This document shows, one piece after another, positions 1 to 12,663 of a stretch of 64,000 bases of DNA; within the stretch, counting starts at the first letter, position 1; each line of letters opens with the position of its first letter. The DNA lies in NCBI GenBank assembly GCA_002104905.1, contig MCFE01000512.1, positions 1-64,000 of the forward strand, read 5' to 3'. The DNA is from Basidiobolus meristosporus CBS 931.73. Lineage: Eukaryota > Fungi > Basidiobolomycota. The notes below the pieces were generated by a model. It saw nothing but the letters and a program-made list of their open reading frames with translations, was not told where the DNA came from and searched no databases. The position numbers and the translations under genes were made by a program.

Positions 1-809
1 TGAGTTGCCGCTCCCTGAGGGATGGTTTTCCAAGTAAGGGATTTCAGAGCCTCTTCTGACATCCAGGGCTGGCCATCAGCATCCAAGAAGTTCTCCTTAA
101 ATTCGTCGGCGAGATTCAAGTGATTTGCTAAGTTTGTGGATATAACACCAGGGTGAAGACTAAAGGCCACTAGTCCCTTACTTTTGTAGCGGTTGCTCAA
201 CTCCTTGGTAAAGAGAATAATGGCGGTTTTAGACTGTCCATAGGCCTGCCATTTTTCGTACGTTCTGCCGTCGGAAAACCCAGGATCTGCAAAGCGGATT
301 TTGGATATTTGATGGCCTGAGCTAGATACATTAACTACGCGTGGACCTTGGGAGGAAGCCAAGAGCCGATCTAGTATCAGGTTTGTGAAAAGGAAAGGTG
401 CCAAGTAATTAATCCCAAACTGCGCTTCAAACCCATCCTTTGTTCTACTGTATGGTGCAGCCATGATTGCGGCATTGTTGATTAGCACGTCAATAGGCTC
501 GGTATATTCATTCACCTCCTTGGCTGCATCTCGAACCGAATCCAAAGAGGCAAGATCGATCACGAGCGATCGTAGGTTTGCACTTGGTGTCTCTTGCTTG
601 ATTTTCCCAATGGTCTCGTCGAGAGAACTCTGTCTCCTGCCTGCAACGATCACCAGCTTGGCACCGTACTTTGCAATCACTCTGGCGGCTTCGGCACCAA
701 GGCCACCCCAAGTAGCACCTGTGATAAGCACAGTTTTTCCCTTGATGCTGTCAGAGAACACCATAGCGGCCTCCTCAGATGTAGTGTCTTTTCCAAAAGT
801 GTGGGACAT
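1..809 (-). CDS. Short-chain dehydrogenase/reductase (retinol dehydrogenase/WWOX-like fungal SDR), 3' end beyond the window edge
   Basis: Manual translation from the ATG at 809: MSHTFGKDTTSEEAA...KTVLITGATWGGLGAEAAR...IDVLINNAAIM...VVNVSSSGH...YGQSK...SLHPGVI...WKTIPQGAAT. It carries the TGxxxGxG cofactor motif, NNA, and the YxxxK catalytic motif. Open for 269 codons with no intron. Absent from the ORF track because the stop lies outside the window. Confidence 0.95.
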   Translation of the reverse strand, partial: MSHTFGKDTTSEEAAMVFSDSIKGKTVLITGATWGGLGAEAARVIAKYGAKLVIVAGRRQSSLDETIGKIKQETPSANLRSLVIDLASLDSVRDAAKEVNEYTEPIDVLINNAAIMAAPYSRTKDGFEAQFGINYLAPFLFTNLILDRLLASSQGPRVVNVSSSGHQISKIRFADPGFSDGRTYEKWQAYGQSKTAIILFTKELSNRYKSKGLVAFSLHPGVISTNLANHLNLADEFKENFLDADGQPWMSEEALKSLTWKTIPQGAAT

Positions 810-1439
810 TTTGATTGACTCAGTCTTCAGGCGAAGGTGGCAATAAATAGGAGTCACCAAGTGCAGGCCCATGTGATCATCTTTCTCAGCAGCTTTTTGT
901 GGGTGGTGAGCGGCCACTTAGAATGTAATGTTCCCAATTCGTAGGGTATCCGCAGCATTTACTGGAAGTCTACTCGTGTGCCCAATCACACTCGGATCTG
1001 ATGGTAATGTCGCGGTGTTGGGTATATACGTAGGCCACATACAGAAGCTTATCAACATGAACAGTTGGCAGTCATATCACCCGAAATCCGCAGTAAGGTT
1101 ACTGACCCAAATTTACGGATAATCAATACCCGAGTTTGTGGAAAATCACAGCCCATGACAAGCTGACTATTCCATATGGAGAATGTTTCCGATTGATTGC
1201 GGATTGATGTTTAGATCTATGCAAACGTTCCCGTGGTTAAGAGTTTAGCCAGCGAATTTGTTTAGTTGGCTAATGTGCATATTAATCGTCAATAAACAAC
1301 TACTAGAGGCAAATGTGAATATCAATCATCATTAAACAGCTACTATATTGCCACGCAGATATCCATTTTGAAGCCGCGGAAAAATCTATGTAATTGCTAA
1401 TAAACTCGGATATGCTGTGCCGCTTAACATACCAAATGA

Positions 1440-1665
1440 TATGTATGTTGTAAGAGTCTTGGAGATATTGGAAGTGATTGGGAGAACAAGTAGATTATGT
1501 GGTTTTCACTTGATGATTTATTGAATGTAAAAGTAGTTTTATACTTTTACCTGGTCTTGGCATTACAAACACGTAGAATAGGTTAAGGAAGGTCCTAAGA
1601 ACATGTGTGCAAAGTTGGGGACTGTTTGAACAACTTATCAAATTTTCATGTTCTGGGTACCTGGT
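1440..1665 (+). repeat. Dispersed degenerate repeat, copy 1 (homologous to 4955-5180)
   Basis: Shares blocks such as GGAAGTGA(T/A)TGGGAGAACAAGT and AAGAACATGTGTGCAAAGTT with 4955-5180. Family not identified. Confidence 0.6.
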
Positions 1666-2102
1666 ATTTTGGTGAAAATATTCCAAGTAAATCCCAACAA
1701 GGAATTTGGTCAGTGTTCTCTAAGATTTGAGGGTAATGATCTAAGTGACTAAGTTGGGTGAATATTTAGGTGGAATTCCGAATTTTTACAACACTGTAGA
1801 GTAACAATGCTAACCCACTACAAAATGTTGACCACAAACAGTTACCATTGTCAATAAGGCAATGCACAACCTCACTACATTGCATTGGCCATGATTAACC
1901 AACAGTACTTATAGAGGATATCTCTTTCAACCAGATCACCCTCATTCTTAACACTTTGAGGTGCAGCTTATACTCTATTTCCTTGGTACGAAGAGGTAAA
2001 GTAGCAAAGGTTAAATCAATCTAGCTTGCACAAAGCTAATTAGGTGGGATCGAGAAGGTGATATAAATCGGGAAAGTTCGCACGAGACTCCACCAGCCAG
2101 TC

Positions 2103-2575
2103 ATGCAGCTTTCCTTCCTCTTGCTAGTTTCCGCTACCCCACTCGGTGACTCCCAGGTAGCCAACACCAATGAGCCATATGTCGAATAATAGGGTGCTTG
2201 TTATCAGGACACCTTGGTCCCCACTCAAGAATACCAGCCATCAATTGAGGAGGGGGATGATTCGGAGATGGGTGAGCCAATGCAGACAAGCGAGACCTCG
2301 GGTGAGCAAACAGGATTCTCTGGGTTGCATGGGTTCGATATTTCAAATTTACAACCATCCCAAGCCTTGCTGGACAACATAAATGGCCATTCCTCCAGTA
2401 AAGCCAATGCCTTGTCCAACTCAAACCAGTTCAATCAGGGGCAAGTCGTTGATCAAACCCTGTACCAGCCCAAGCAGCAACAGCCACAAATTATCATCAC
2501 TCAGCCAGCATGAAGTATAAGAGATCTGCTTGTTGCAACTTCAAAGTTAGATATTTCAGTGGAAACAGATACTAG
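2103..2575 (+). pseudogene. Diverged family-A pseudogene (secreted protein)
   Basis: MQLSFLLLVSATPLGD... has in-frame TAA TAG at codons 29-30, then continues in frame into ORF 2214-2513 with ALLDNINGHSSSKANALSNSNQFNQGQVVDQTLYQPKQQQPQIIITQPA. A deletion/frameshift precedes the KYKRSA...RYFSGNRY tail. TATAAAT lies about 40 nt upstream. Confidence 0.85.
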
Positions 2576-2817
2576 GATAAGCAATAGTATGCTCCAGAAA
2601 ATAAAGACGAAATATAAGGTTTGGTCATGGTGAGTTCCACCAAATAATAGAAGAAAATTGAAAAAATAGGAGAATGCAAAATACGGATGGTACTCAAACA
2701 GCATTGTAATAGTGTGAGTAATGACCTGATTAGTCCATGAAATATATAATAGCAATTTGGCCAGCTAAACCATATTATATGCTATATAACAGCTCACAAA
2801 TACGTTATTCACTCCAC

Positions 2818-3222
2818 ATGCGCTTTATTACCGTAGCAGTAACTCTAGGCCATGCCACCATTCAAGATGCCGTTGATGCCCCAATCGGCTGTCATTCTCC
2901 TTGCACTCGCGAGTATAGAGGGGTTCATTATCGCAGCTTACCATGTGCACAGTATGCGAACGATTGCTACCAAAACGTTTGAGTTTTGCCTGTCGTTAAG
3001 ACGTCAAATGTCCAATCTCCGTTATTGCTTCAGGTTTTCAGCACGGTGACCAGAAAGCACGATAGCCTGAACATCGCTAATGCCAGCAGCAATAAAGGCT
3101 TCAACGTCAAGTATCAAGTAAGACCCAGTCTCGACCTGGAGGGTGGGGCCAATGCGCTGGAATACGCCAAGCAAAAGGAAGCGAAAACCCAGATAATAGC
3201 TCTTCATATCTCTACGTTCTGA
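2818..3222 (+). pseudogene. Diverged family-B pseudogene (secreted protein)
   Basis: MRFITVAVTLGHATIQDAVDAPIGCHSPCTREYRGVHYR...CYQNV*VLPVVKTSNVQSPLLLQVFSTVTRKHDSLNIANASSNK...EYAKQK. One in-frame TGA at 2980-2982; the acidic C-terminus is lost. Confidence 0.85.
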
Positions 3223-4954
3223 CGCAGTCCACCCAAGTTGTACAATACACAACCCCTTGGCAGAGGCAGAATAACAGGTTCAATACAATAGGTGTGCTGA
3301 CAGTTCCCCCCAACAGATAAATCAACCTAAACTGAGGATATTGGGTAGGCAAAACAAATAAACATTCTTTGCACGACTACTCTACTCTCACAGTCTCATT
3401 GACTATCAATCCGTCGCAGATACAGTGTACTGGTCCAAAAAAATCGACAGACACCAAAGGCATAGGGGCACTCCACATTTGGTTGGTGGCAAGAGAGAAG
3501 TCCAAACAGCGTTGTGTATCAACAACCGCATTTGAAGATACTCTGGGATGTCAGTAAAGCCATGTTCAATGTTTACATACTTACTCCATCGAACTTTAAA
3601 ATAAATGTATCGATTTTGGGAGTTGAATTGCCGTTTAAGTCAACATACGATTGCACAAGAATATGTAAAATATTTGATGTTGTAGTACGCACTGGGCGGG
3701 TTACTGTATTGATATATGGACCAAGTAGATCCATACCACACCCACATACCTCAGGAATGACTGTATGGTGACACTCCTGCATACGCAAGCCTTTCATAAT
3801 GATTTTGGTCAATAATTATCTGTGCCGGGGCATAGGTTCAGTGGGGGGGGGTAAAAAGAGGCATTGTAATTATCAACTAGCTCAATTCCCTAGTACTACA
3901 GACACTATTTCGATGTCATTTCCGGGTGAAGTCCTCACTCCAGTCCAAACGCCTACGTGTTCTCTTTGAAATATGCCTTTCTTTGCTGTATACCACAATC
4001 CCATCTCAATAACTATGGTCAATGGGTAGGCAGATGCTCCAAAGAAAACGCTCAATCCGGAAGAAAAGTGTTCGACACCGTTATTCTGGAGATTACCAAC
4101 TCGATTTTCTATAGCTCATCTTATGACGGAGTAGCGCAGAAGATCTACACGATGATTCATCAGAAAGTGTGGAGTTTGCCTAGCATATGAACGCAGACAC
4201 TGAGATATTGAGGATGCGTAGTGTTACCGTACATCTATTCCTCATCTAACAAGGCTTCATTGAAATGAATGAACAAGCCTGCAGTGTTAGATGTACTGAC
4301 ATTGCTTTCAGTTTTCTTCCTACCGTTGCAGTGATTGCATCCTCAATCTGGGTCTATCATCTCAACTTGCCACTGCACCTACAGTGCCAATACTTAGCCC
4401 ACAGCTGATGCAACACTTTAGAGACTTAAACAACTTGAAAGTTCCAGCTTTGAAGTATAGACTGATGGCCTGATTGAATAACTGATGTGCTTTGACTAGG
4501 ATAGTGACTATAATTCTGACAATGATGAGCACTTGTCAATCCACAGAATGGAGAAGTTCTGTTAACCAGACAACTGTGCTCAGTGCTGCAATCACAGCAC
4601 TTCATACTGCTTAGTTGGTTTGGGCACCTGAGGAACACAAAGTAAACCATTGGCAGCCTACATTGCTCACACCTCCAGTACTCAGTTGTGCAGCCTTGAA
4701 TGACAGCATCTATATGGCTAACAGGATGACTTGTTTTACTCCAGGCAAGGCAAAAATGGCAATACCAATACTATTCAAAAGTCTAGGATTGAGACTAAGC
4801 AACAATACTGATGGTCAAGGTAAAGTGATACAACTTGCAAAGTAAAAGCAACTGCTTGTAGGCTGAAGAAGTATTTAGGCTCTTGTGAGGACACAAATAG
4901 CTGAACATAAGAAAATTCAATGAAAATAATAGTGGCTGTGCAGATTATAGAGTA

Positions 4955-5180
4955 TAATGTTTCAAGAGTCTCAGAGATACTGGAAGTGAATGGGAGAACA
5001 AGTCAAATTTGAGGTCTGCTCCTAATCATTCATAAAATATAAGAGTATTATCTTTACATCAACATGGTCTTTACAATGCAAACATGAAGAATACAATTAT
5101 GATGGTTCCAAGAACATGTGTGCAAAGTTTGGGGCTGTTACAACAACTCTCAGATATCTCATGTCTTAGGTATCTGATAC
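4955..5180 (+). repeat. Dispersed degenerate repeat, copy 2 (homologous to 1440-1665)
   Basis: Same conserved blocks as 1440-1665. Matching frames give VSRVSEILEVNGRTS versus VVRVLEILEVIGRTS. Confidence 0.6.
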
Positions 5181-5699
5181 CTGTGCAGAGTGACTCTATA
5201 CAGGGTCAATGGCTAGAGCTCTCAATGATTTATAAATTACAACCTAGGTGTACAGAAAGCATAAATGTTACCTTGCTATGAGATAGCTCAGACCTGAAAC
5301 TCATCTGATAATCAGCTGGTATTCCAATGATATTTTGCTGGCATTCTGCTGGTGTTTTCCCTTTAGATTTCTAGCTGCAATTTTAGGGGCAAGTAGAGAG
5401 TAGCTGATGATTGGAGTTGGTATTAATTCTAGTTGGTTCTGTTTCCACCTAAAAAGTATGTCTTTCAAATAGCTAGTACCTTAGCTCTCTGGTAGCTATT
5501 TTTCATTGTGAACAGATTGCTGTACTGGAGTTCAAGAGCAGCACCAAATGGGCTTACACTAAGTGCTTATGCTGGTCAACAGACCCCTGATGACCTCCAT
5601 ATGTATACACTTACTGCCAAGAAGGTCACCCTATATACCTGAAAAGTAACAAGTAACATCAGCAATGCAAGCACAACATGGTGATGATAGCTGCATATC

Positions 5700-5955
5700 A
5701 TAAATTCTGTTATACTTACTACCCAAGCCTAGCATATCTAGGACTCCCAAGAACACCAAGCCTAGCTTGCATAGCAAACCAACTCTGTTGCCTTTATAGC
5801 CAAACCTAGCTACATACAAGACCAATATTAGACCAGAACCTCCCTGCTAATATTTCCTCCACTCTCTGACAATTCTAAGATTCTGCACTTAGTTGTCACT
5901 TAGGTCTGGCTAAACCATTGAAGAGTCTTATTATACTTTTCTCTTAAATGCAACA
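5700..5955 (+). mobile_element. LTR 3'-end (U5-like) fragment of a family related to the Gypsy element at 35.6-41.5 kb
   Basis: Colinear with 36045-36292 (CCAAGCCTAG...GAACACCAAGCCTAGC...GACCAATATTAGA...CTCTCTGACAATTCTAAGATTCTGCACTT...AAACCATT) and ends in CAACA. No TSD found. Confidence 0.8.
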
Positions 5956-8900
5956 CTGACTTACTTTGTCTTCAGAGTTGTTTGATCTTGCACTGCCTTG
6001 TTGTGGGCAACTTATAGTGCAATATTACTATATTATGATATTATCCTTTGATGTTATGTATGGACAACAAATATTGAAAGAAGGACATGCAACAGTGCAC
6101 TAAAGGCATGCACATATTTGACTGCTCAATATCATCCATATAATACCTTCCTCTAGTAACAATGCCAAGAAATCTTGCAGTTTCTATCATGTATGCATTT
6201 CTCATGGACAGCATCAGCTCTGAAGTTTTATGTGCACATTCATATTATGACCAGGCTAACAAAAGAGCTCCTTATGCACCATTGGTAGCTACTCTTCAGT
6301 TGATGATCAATTTTGTGCACATTGATTGTATTCTGGTCATAAATACCACATCTGAGCATTACAGGTATCAGAGCACTCATCTTATAATTGCTATACCTCT
6401 GATATGACATATGTTTGTGAGTATGTAGGTGTTTTGGAGTCTTTGATGTGACTACAAAGTAGTTTGCTTTGGTACTGAGCTGAGAGAGAATCTCTAGGTG
6501 ACATTATTTCTTTAGTCATACACTTGACTGTCAGAGTGCATTCAACCAGGCTTTGTGACAAGGAAAGTTAAAGGCCTGCTGATAATGCCTCTTTTGTTGC
6601 TTGTTACAGGTGCTTACTTGTATCCTTGTGTACTTTCAGTGGCTGTCCCTTGAGTTGAAGCCTAGGTACTGAGGTACTAGATGGAGTTCTGGCTAAACAT
6701 GCTCTATCTAATTGCTATAAATGTCAGAGCAGTAAGTACATCTATTACTTAATACTAGTTACAGAATATTTGAGTGAAAATACATATGTGTATGACAAAG
6801 TCCATTATTATCCACAAGACACTTAACTCTTTTGGAGGAGCTAGATATATATTTATCTCACTGACCATCAAAAGCTACTTTACTCCAAGTTCATTGGAAG
6901 CATTGGGTGTCATATATTGACAGTGTAGGAGAAAGAGCCCAGAAGCTGCCAACCAATGGCAATTTGATGATCTACTGATTTTATGTAAGGAGCTCTCAAT
7001 AAAACTTGTGAGGTTTTGCTGCAAGCATAAGGATGCACATATAAATCTCTGATGTATAGTTTCTCTACTTTTTGCTAGAAGCTTAGAGAGTATAGATGTA
7101 TGTTCACCTAAAGTCTCTTAAGGTGTGGATATGTAAGAAGATAGGAAGAAGAGCAAATTACAGATTCTGCCATATTCAAGTCCCATAAGAAATACTGCAT
7201 TCAAGTACATCTGCAATCCACAGAGTGACTGATGGAGGAACATCAAGTACAGTAGACAAGAAGTGAACAAGTATCCCTTTGGCAATGAGAAGCACAACAG
7301 CCTCAGTAAATGTGTAGTAAGTCAAATAAGGCAAGGCCTGGCTTGGCACAACAAACAAGTATTACTTCTGAAGACAACCATATCAAGGTATGTCAGGTAA
7401 CTCTTGCATGCCAGCCAACTTAAATGCCTTTTCAAAAGTAACTTACACAAAAAGGAGTGGGATTACACTCATACAGGGGACCAGAATGGAGTAGGAAAAG
7501 GAAGCTTATTAGCCAGGAGTCTAGGAGTATTTTGAGATATTAAGCAGATACACTTTGCCAAGTGATGGCAGCTATATGTACATTTGTAAAAGGCATACTT
7601 TAGCAGCAATGCAAGGCATACAGTAAGTTTACAAGTATCACACTAAGAAGCCACATGTTTGTGGTATTAGGACTGTAACCACTGCAAAGCACTGCCAAGT
7701 TTTGTACCACATCAGACAGTCTAGTCAGCAATACTATTACAATGCCTACATAAGTCAAAGGAGAGCAGCACAGGTTTGTTCTTGCTAGTACTGCAGTGGT
7801 GTCAATGTGGGATCCTGATGGCAAATATGGATTGGATCCACCTGCAAGACCAAATTATTTTTTATACGGTCAAAATAGGTTGCAAACTTAGCCCTAAAAC
7901 ATCACTGACTCCTGCAAGTAGAATTTAATTGTTAAAGTCCTGAATGCTAGTTACCTTTACTTCCTTCACCCAATGAAAAAGAATATCTTGGAAAAGACCA
8001 AGCATACTAGAACCTGGGAGCATACTGCACTGTATGACACAGTATGGCACCATAAGGCTACAATCACTCAGTTGTACAATACATAAGCAGGAATTCTTTG
8101 CAGTGGTACTCATGTATTCAAGGTTGAACTATAATTTGTTTATTTGCTCCTCTTAGTGGTGCATAACTATCCTTTATGATGGATGTCTACTTGGATGGAT
8201 ACACTGAGCATTAACTAGAATCTTGATTATTTGGCCTAGCTTACTATTCTCTCATAACTTCACTGCTACCAGAATCATTGATTATGAATACTGTTCTTTA
8301 CAAGTTTCTTTATAAATACCACAATGTAGCTTCTGCTTGGGTAGTGCCCATCCTAATACTGATGTCTTCCAGCTTTGCACTTATGGCTCCCTGGCTGACT
8401 ATCAACATGTTCTTGAGAGGTCTATTGCCTCTTGGTTTAACATCCCTGCCACTTAGCAACTGAGAATTTATAGCATTGCTAATATATTCCTTTAGTGTTT
8501 CAATTATAAACTGACATTTACCTACTTGCCTGGCTCCTGAATATTGCATACAGAACAGGACATATGTAGATCACCTGGCTTTTGGGTCCTAATAATCTAA
8601 GAGCACACTGGCCACAAGACAATGGCATGGCAGATATGATGGCATCCTATATATTGGTACACTCAACTTTGAAATATTTTGCAGCTTCTTAAATAACTGT
8701 TATCTTCAAGTTGGGGTCTTGATGTATGCTTCATAGCCTCATGCCCCATTGCTGTGATAAGCACTTCTATGAGCTTAATTTATGGCCACATTGTCTCACA
8801 CAAATGAATATGTAATTCTCATGCATTGTCAGGTAAAAAAATAGCATCACAGTACCACTTGTGATTATTCCTTGCAGCAAAACTACTGGGATGTCTACTA

Positions 8901-9749
8901 GGGATGGTATTTGCTCAAAGGGCTTGGTTGAGGGAGAAATTTGTTGTGAGTATATTGCAAATTAATACACCATTGAAAGGCTTGAAGGCTTTTAGGCAGG
9001 CAACAAGATGCCATGAGTACTTCACATATAGGGGTAGCTACTCAGAGTGGTTGGTTATGTGAGTCTCATGTCTAGATATCTATCTGGAAAGAGCTTTGGT
9101 TTTAGATTGTCAACCTCCAAGAACTTCAAGTCAAGGCTTGTTTCTGAAAGGCCTTGAATTCAGGTCTCAGATGTTTAGAGCATCAGGCCTTGGTTTTAGT
9201 CTGACAGAGCCACAAATACAGGTTTGGCCATTACAAGCCCAATGTCAAGGCTTTTTCTAATGCAATCAGTGAGCTGCAGTACTTGATAGATGTGTGCCTC
9301 AAGTTGAGACACCTAAAGAGTGGAATCCTACATTAAGGACTTTTGCAAATACAGACATCAAGACAAGGCTCCCATTGGACAGGCACCTCCAATCACTACT
9401 TTTGCAAGTAAAAGCCTCACATCCCAGCCCTCAGTGGATGTGGGCCTGAAGTTAGATTTCAGCATAAAAGAGTCTTCATTGGGATTTTTTAGTCACTGAG
9501 GCTTGTGCTTTCAAACTATAGGAATATTGAAGCCTCAGGTTGAAGGCCTCTGAAGTCCACAGTTTGAGGCTATGTATCTCAGCTGCATAGAGAGCAGTAT
9601 TGTTGTTTGTAACAAACAAGAGTCTTATATGGCAATTGTAGGTAGTAATGAGCCTAAAGATACAGATCCCAGGCATTGACTCTTGGGGATAGACAGAAGA
9701 GCTGATATCAGGTTCCAGGCAGGCCCGGGCCTGAGTAAGAAGGTAAAGA

Positions 9750-9925
9750 CAGTGCATCCAGGTATGCCAAATATTTCCACATTGTTATGGATCAGCCTGC
9801 GCAATATAGGACATACTCCATAGCAGATAAAGACACCCATGATATTGATGGATGCTCTAACCAAGATACACAGTACACAGAGCCCATGAAAGATGCCTTA
9901 TATGGCAATGAGTCTATGGAATGAA
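9750..9925 (+). pseudogene. Family-B 3' relic
   Basis: Encodes SASRYAK...IVMDQPAQYRTYS...GCSNQDTQYTEPMKD, matching the B C-terminus. Confidence 0.75.
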
Positions 9926-10287
9926 CTTAAAGCCATTCAAGTTGCGTTGATTATATATTTCTTGCTTAATATGTAGTAGCAGAAGTATGATCCATGCCAG
10001 CACAAGAATAAGGGTAAGGCTAGAGCAGAATAAAGCGGACCCGCAATATCAGCCAGTAGTACCTTTCTGAGTAGTCAAAATGGATAAGTCAGCTGGCGCA
10101 GATAGCTGATACAATATCTGGTCAAGTTCCTGAGGGCTGTAAAACAATGGACTCCAGTATTTCGGCATATATGGCATTGTGCGGAGACTGCTCTACTTGC
10201 TAATTGCTTACATGAATAGGAGTAGTAGTGAATACGTGATCCATTAGCCTATTTATTGTGGCGGGATCACAATAGTATTAAGCCTAT

Positions 10288-10600
10288 TCATATCATTAGC
10301 TGTCTCTGTATCTACGTCTACGGTAACATGATGTCTGATTGTCATCTTCATTCGAGTCTTGGTTTTCATCCTTGTCGGGAGTAAATGATTGCACATATGT
10401 TGACGTAGATGGTTGGAAAGTGCCTGAGCATTTTGTGCGGAGTTAGTTTAAACATTGTCCAACCAGGGATGGCATCGATGGTTCAATCTCATGGTCTACT
10501 TATTGGTTGTCATGTGTAGCTATGGGTGTTGCGAAATACACACCGAATAGGATGAAGTGATAAGAAAAAAAGCGGAAATTGATGACAGTTGAGTCCCATG
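10288..10600 (-). pseudogene. Family-C relic (C* subtype)
   Basis: Colinear with C genes (GTATCTACGTCTACGG...GATGGTTGGAAAGTGCCTGAGC). Deleted, with a degenerate 5' end. Confidence 0.75.
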
Positions 10601-11230
10601 TTGATAGCTATTCTAGGTGCCCAATTATCAAGCAATCCACAGCCAATTGATCCACGTACTTCATTGCTTCAACAATCTTCCATCTATTGCTCGCCACGAT
10701 AGCTCACCACCATTCCATTTTAGTAGTTTATCTGTTATTATTCGTAATTTTGTGGGAACAAAGTGAGGAGTCATTACAAGATTGTTCATGATGCTGTGAG
10801 CATGAAGGTTTTGACAGAAGTATTCTTATTGCTTGTCCTACGCTGTTTCTTCCTGATATCAGTTGGTGTAATGTGTTGGATAGCCTACAGAGATAGCGAT
10901 TTTGTGATGGGATTTATTATGACATCAACAAAAATAAATAAACAATCCTCTTCAATTTTGACCTTGCTATACCACCTTGGAAGGGACAAACCAAAATGTC
11001 TCATACTACGCCTTTTCAAACTATGGCTTGAGGTGAGCACACAGGAATGGCTTCGGTCTTACGTAGTTCTTGATTTCATAGTTTTAGAATGCTAAGCTAA
11101 TCTGGTTATAAAGCAACCTGTAGCAATCTTTGTGAGTGTTTTGGGATATCTTCACCAGCCATCAGTCGATAGTATACTGAGCCAGATTTACGATGCATTG
11201 CATCAACCACCTTAGGTAGGTTTAGCAAAA

Positions 11231-11340
11231 ATGCAACTCTCCATCACTTCATACATCGCCTCTACCCAATTGACCTCTATTGCACCAGATAAATCTTCAA
11301 GTCGGAACATTAACCGAGGGCTGTGTTGATTTGAAATTAT
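11231..11340 (+). pseudogene. A*-type signal-peptide relic (old A-like paralogue)
   Basis: AAAATG CAA CTC TCC ATC ACT... gives MQLSITSYIASTQLTSIAPDKSSS, resembling the A N-terminus. Homologous relics occur at 14276, about 18140, about 24340 and about 31590. Confidence 0.55.
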
Positions 11341-11406
11341 AGAGTCATAAGAGTAGTGATAGCCAAGGGTATCAATGTGTATTCATCATAAAATTATCAC
11401 AACTAT

Positions 11407-11750
11407 ATGGATGTGAATGAGGGCAAAGATGAAGGCGAAGGTGAGGACTCGATAGATGACACTTCAACTCAGCCAGAGTCATCCTACAACATGACAAACT
11501 GCAATATAGCAGATATGCAGCCAAGACAGGCCTTGTTGGACAGAGTGAACGCTCACTCATCCAGTGATGCTGATGCCCTGTCGAACTCCAATCAGTTTGA
11601 CCAAGCGCAGGTTATCGACCAAACCCTCTATCAGCCTAAGCAGCAACAGCCCCTAGATCATCATCACCCAGCCAGCCACCCGTAGCCATGTTGGACGCCA
11701 GAAGTACAAGAGATCTGCGCATAAGTGCTTCAAGAACAGATACATTGAAT
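11407..11750 (+). pseudogene. Family-A pseudogene, 5'-truncated and frameshifted
   Basis: ORF 11407-11685 starts at MDVNEG with no signal peptide. An extra base after QQQP shifts the tail out of frame. Confidence 0.85.
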
Positions 11751-12084
11751 AAATAAATATGACATTTGGCCACCTTAGATTAATATGAAACATCATCAGC
11801 CGTGATTCGTGAATTACCATACTACAGCTGAAATATCACAAGTATATATGTATATATTGGTGTATGTATCAGTTTATTTATCGTACATTAATCATGTAGA
11901 CTACGCGATATCAATGTGATGGAGTCGACAATATTAGAGAGAATGCTGATTTTCAATCTGATAAAGTGTGAGTTCATCAAAGTTAACTAACTATTGCTAC
12001 CATCAATGTTGTAACCATGTTATAATGGTTCCCATGCTATATATTCCCGAGTGTACTTGGCAATGGACTTAGTAGTTCTCAAAG

Positions 12085-12663
12085 ATGCGCGCATTCATTG
12101 TATCCTTGACCTTGGGCCTTGCTTCTCTTCAGGCCACCATTGCTGCTCCAGTCCCATGCTCCGAATCATGCAACCGTGAGCATAGAAGAGTCCGTTATCG
12201 CAGGTATTCATGCTCGGACCAAGCAAGCAACTGCTACCAGCAAGTCCAGGTTCAGCCCACTGTTGAAACGCCAAACGTCCAAGTGCCATTGTTGCGTCAG
12301 GTGTTCACCACCGTGACCAGAAAGCATGACAATCTGAACACTGCCAACGCCAACAGTGACAAGAGTCTCGATGTTCAGTTTCAAGCAGGCCCTAGCCTCG
12401 AAGTAGAAGGCTCAGCCAGCGCATCCGAGTACGCCAAACAGAAGGGTGCTGAACACTCCGAAGATGGCTCTGGTTACCCTATTGTTGTGGTTCAGCCTGC
12501 ACAAGATGAGACATACTCCACACCAGTAGTGGACACCCAATGCATCGAAGGATGCTCTGACCAAGATACACAGTACTCTGAGCCCATGGTAGATGTTCAA
12601 TGTGGTGATGACTGTGCTAATCAGGACCCACAGTATACCGAGCCCATGGAAGACACTCAATGA
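12085..12663 (+). CDS. Family-B secreted protein, 192 aa
   Basis: Signal-like MRAFIVSLTLGLASLQATIA, 8 Cys, HRRVRYRRY block, two acidic 20-aa C-terminal repeats. AATAAA downstream. Confidence 0.9.
   Translation: MRAFIVSLTLGLASLQATIAAPVPCSESCNREHRRVRYRRYSCSDQASNCYQQVQVQPTVETPNVQVPLLRQVFTTVTRKHDNLNTANANSDKSLDVQFQAGPSLEVEGSASASEYAKQKGAEHSEDGSGYPIVVVQPAQDETYSTPVVDTQCIEGCSDQDTQYSEPMVDVQCGDDCANQDPQYTEPMEDTQ

Larger units (their letters stand above)
4250..9740. other. CpG-depleted degenerate DNA, probably decayed transposable-element debris (unassigned)
   Basis: Almost no CG dinucleotides by eye, stop-riddled frames, and contains an LTR fragment and a dispersed repeat. No domain recognised. Confidence 0.5.

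Noticed and set aside
463-846. ORFs 463-846(+), 594-818(+) and 508-711(-)
   Set aside because: Shadow frames of the SDR gene.
3369-4190. Short ORFs at 3.4-4.2 kb
   Set aside because: No motifs, mostly non-ATG starts; cannot be supported as genes.
5266-5955. Possible complete 690-bp solo LTR
   Set aside because: The length fits, but the 5' part shows no similarity to the LTR and the flanks (ATAAA versus CTGAC) give no TSD. Only 5700-5955 is called.
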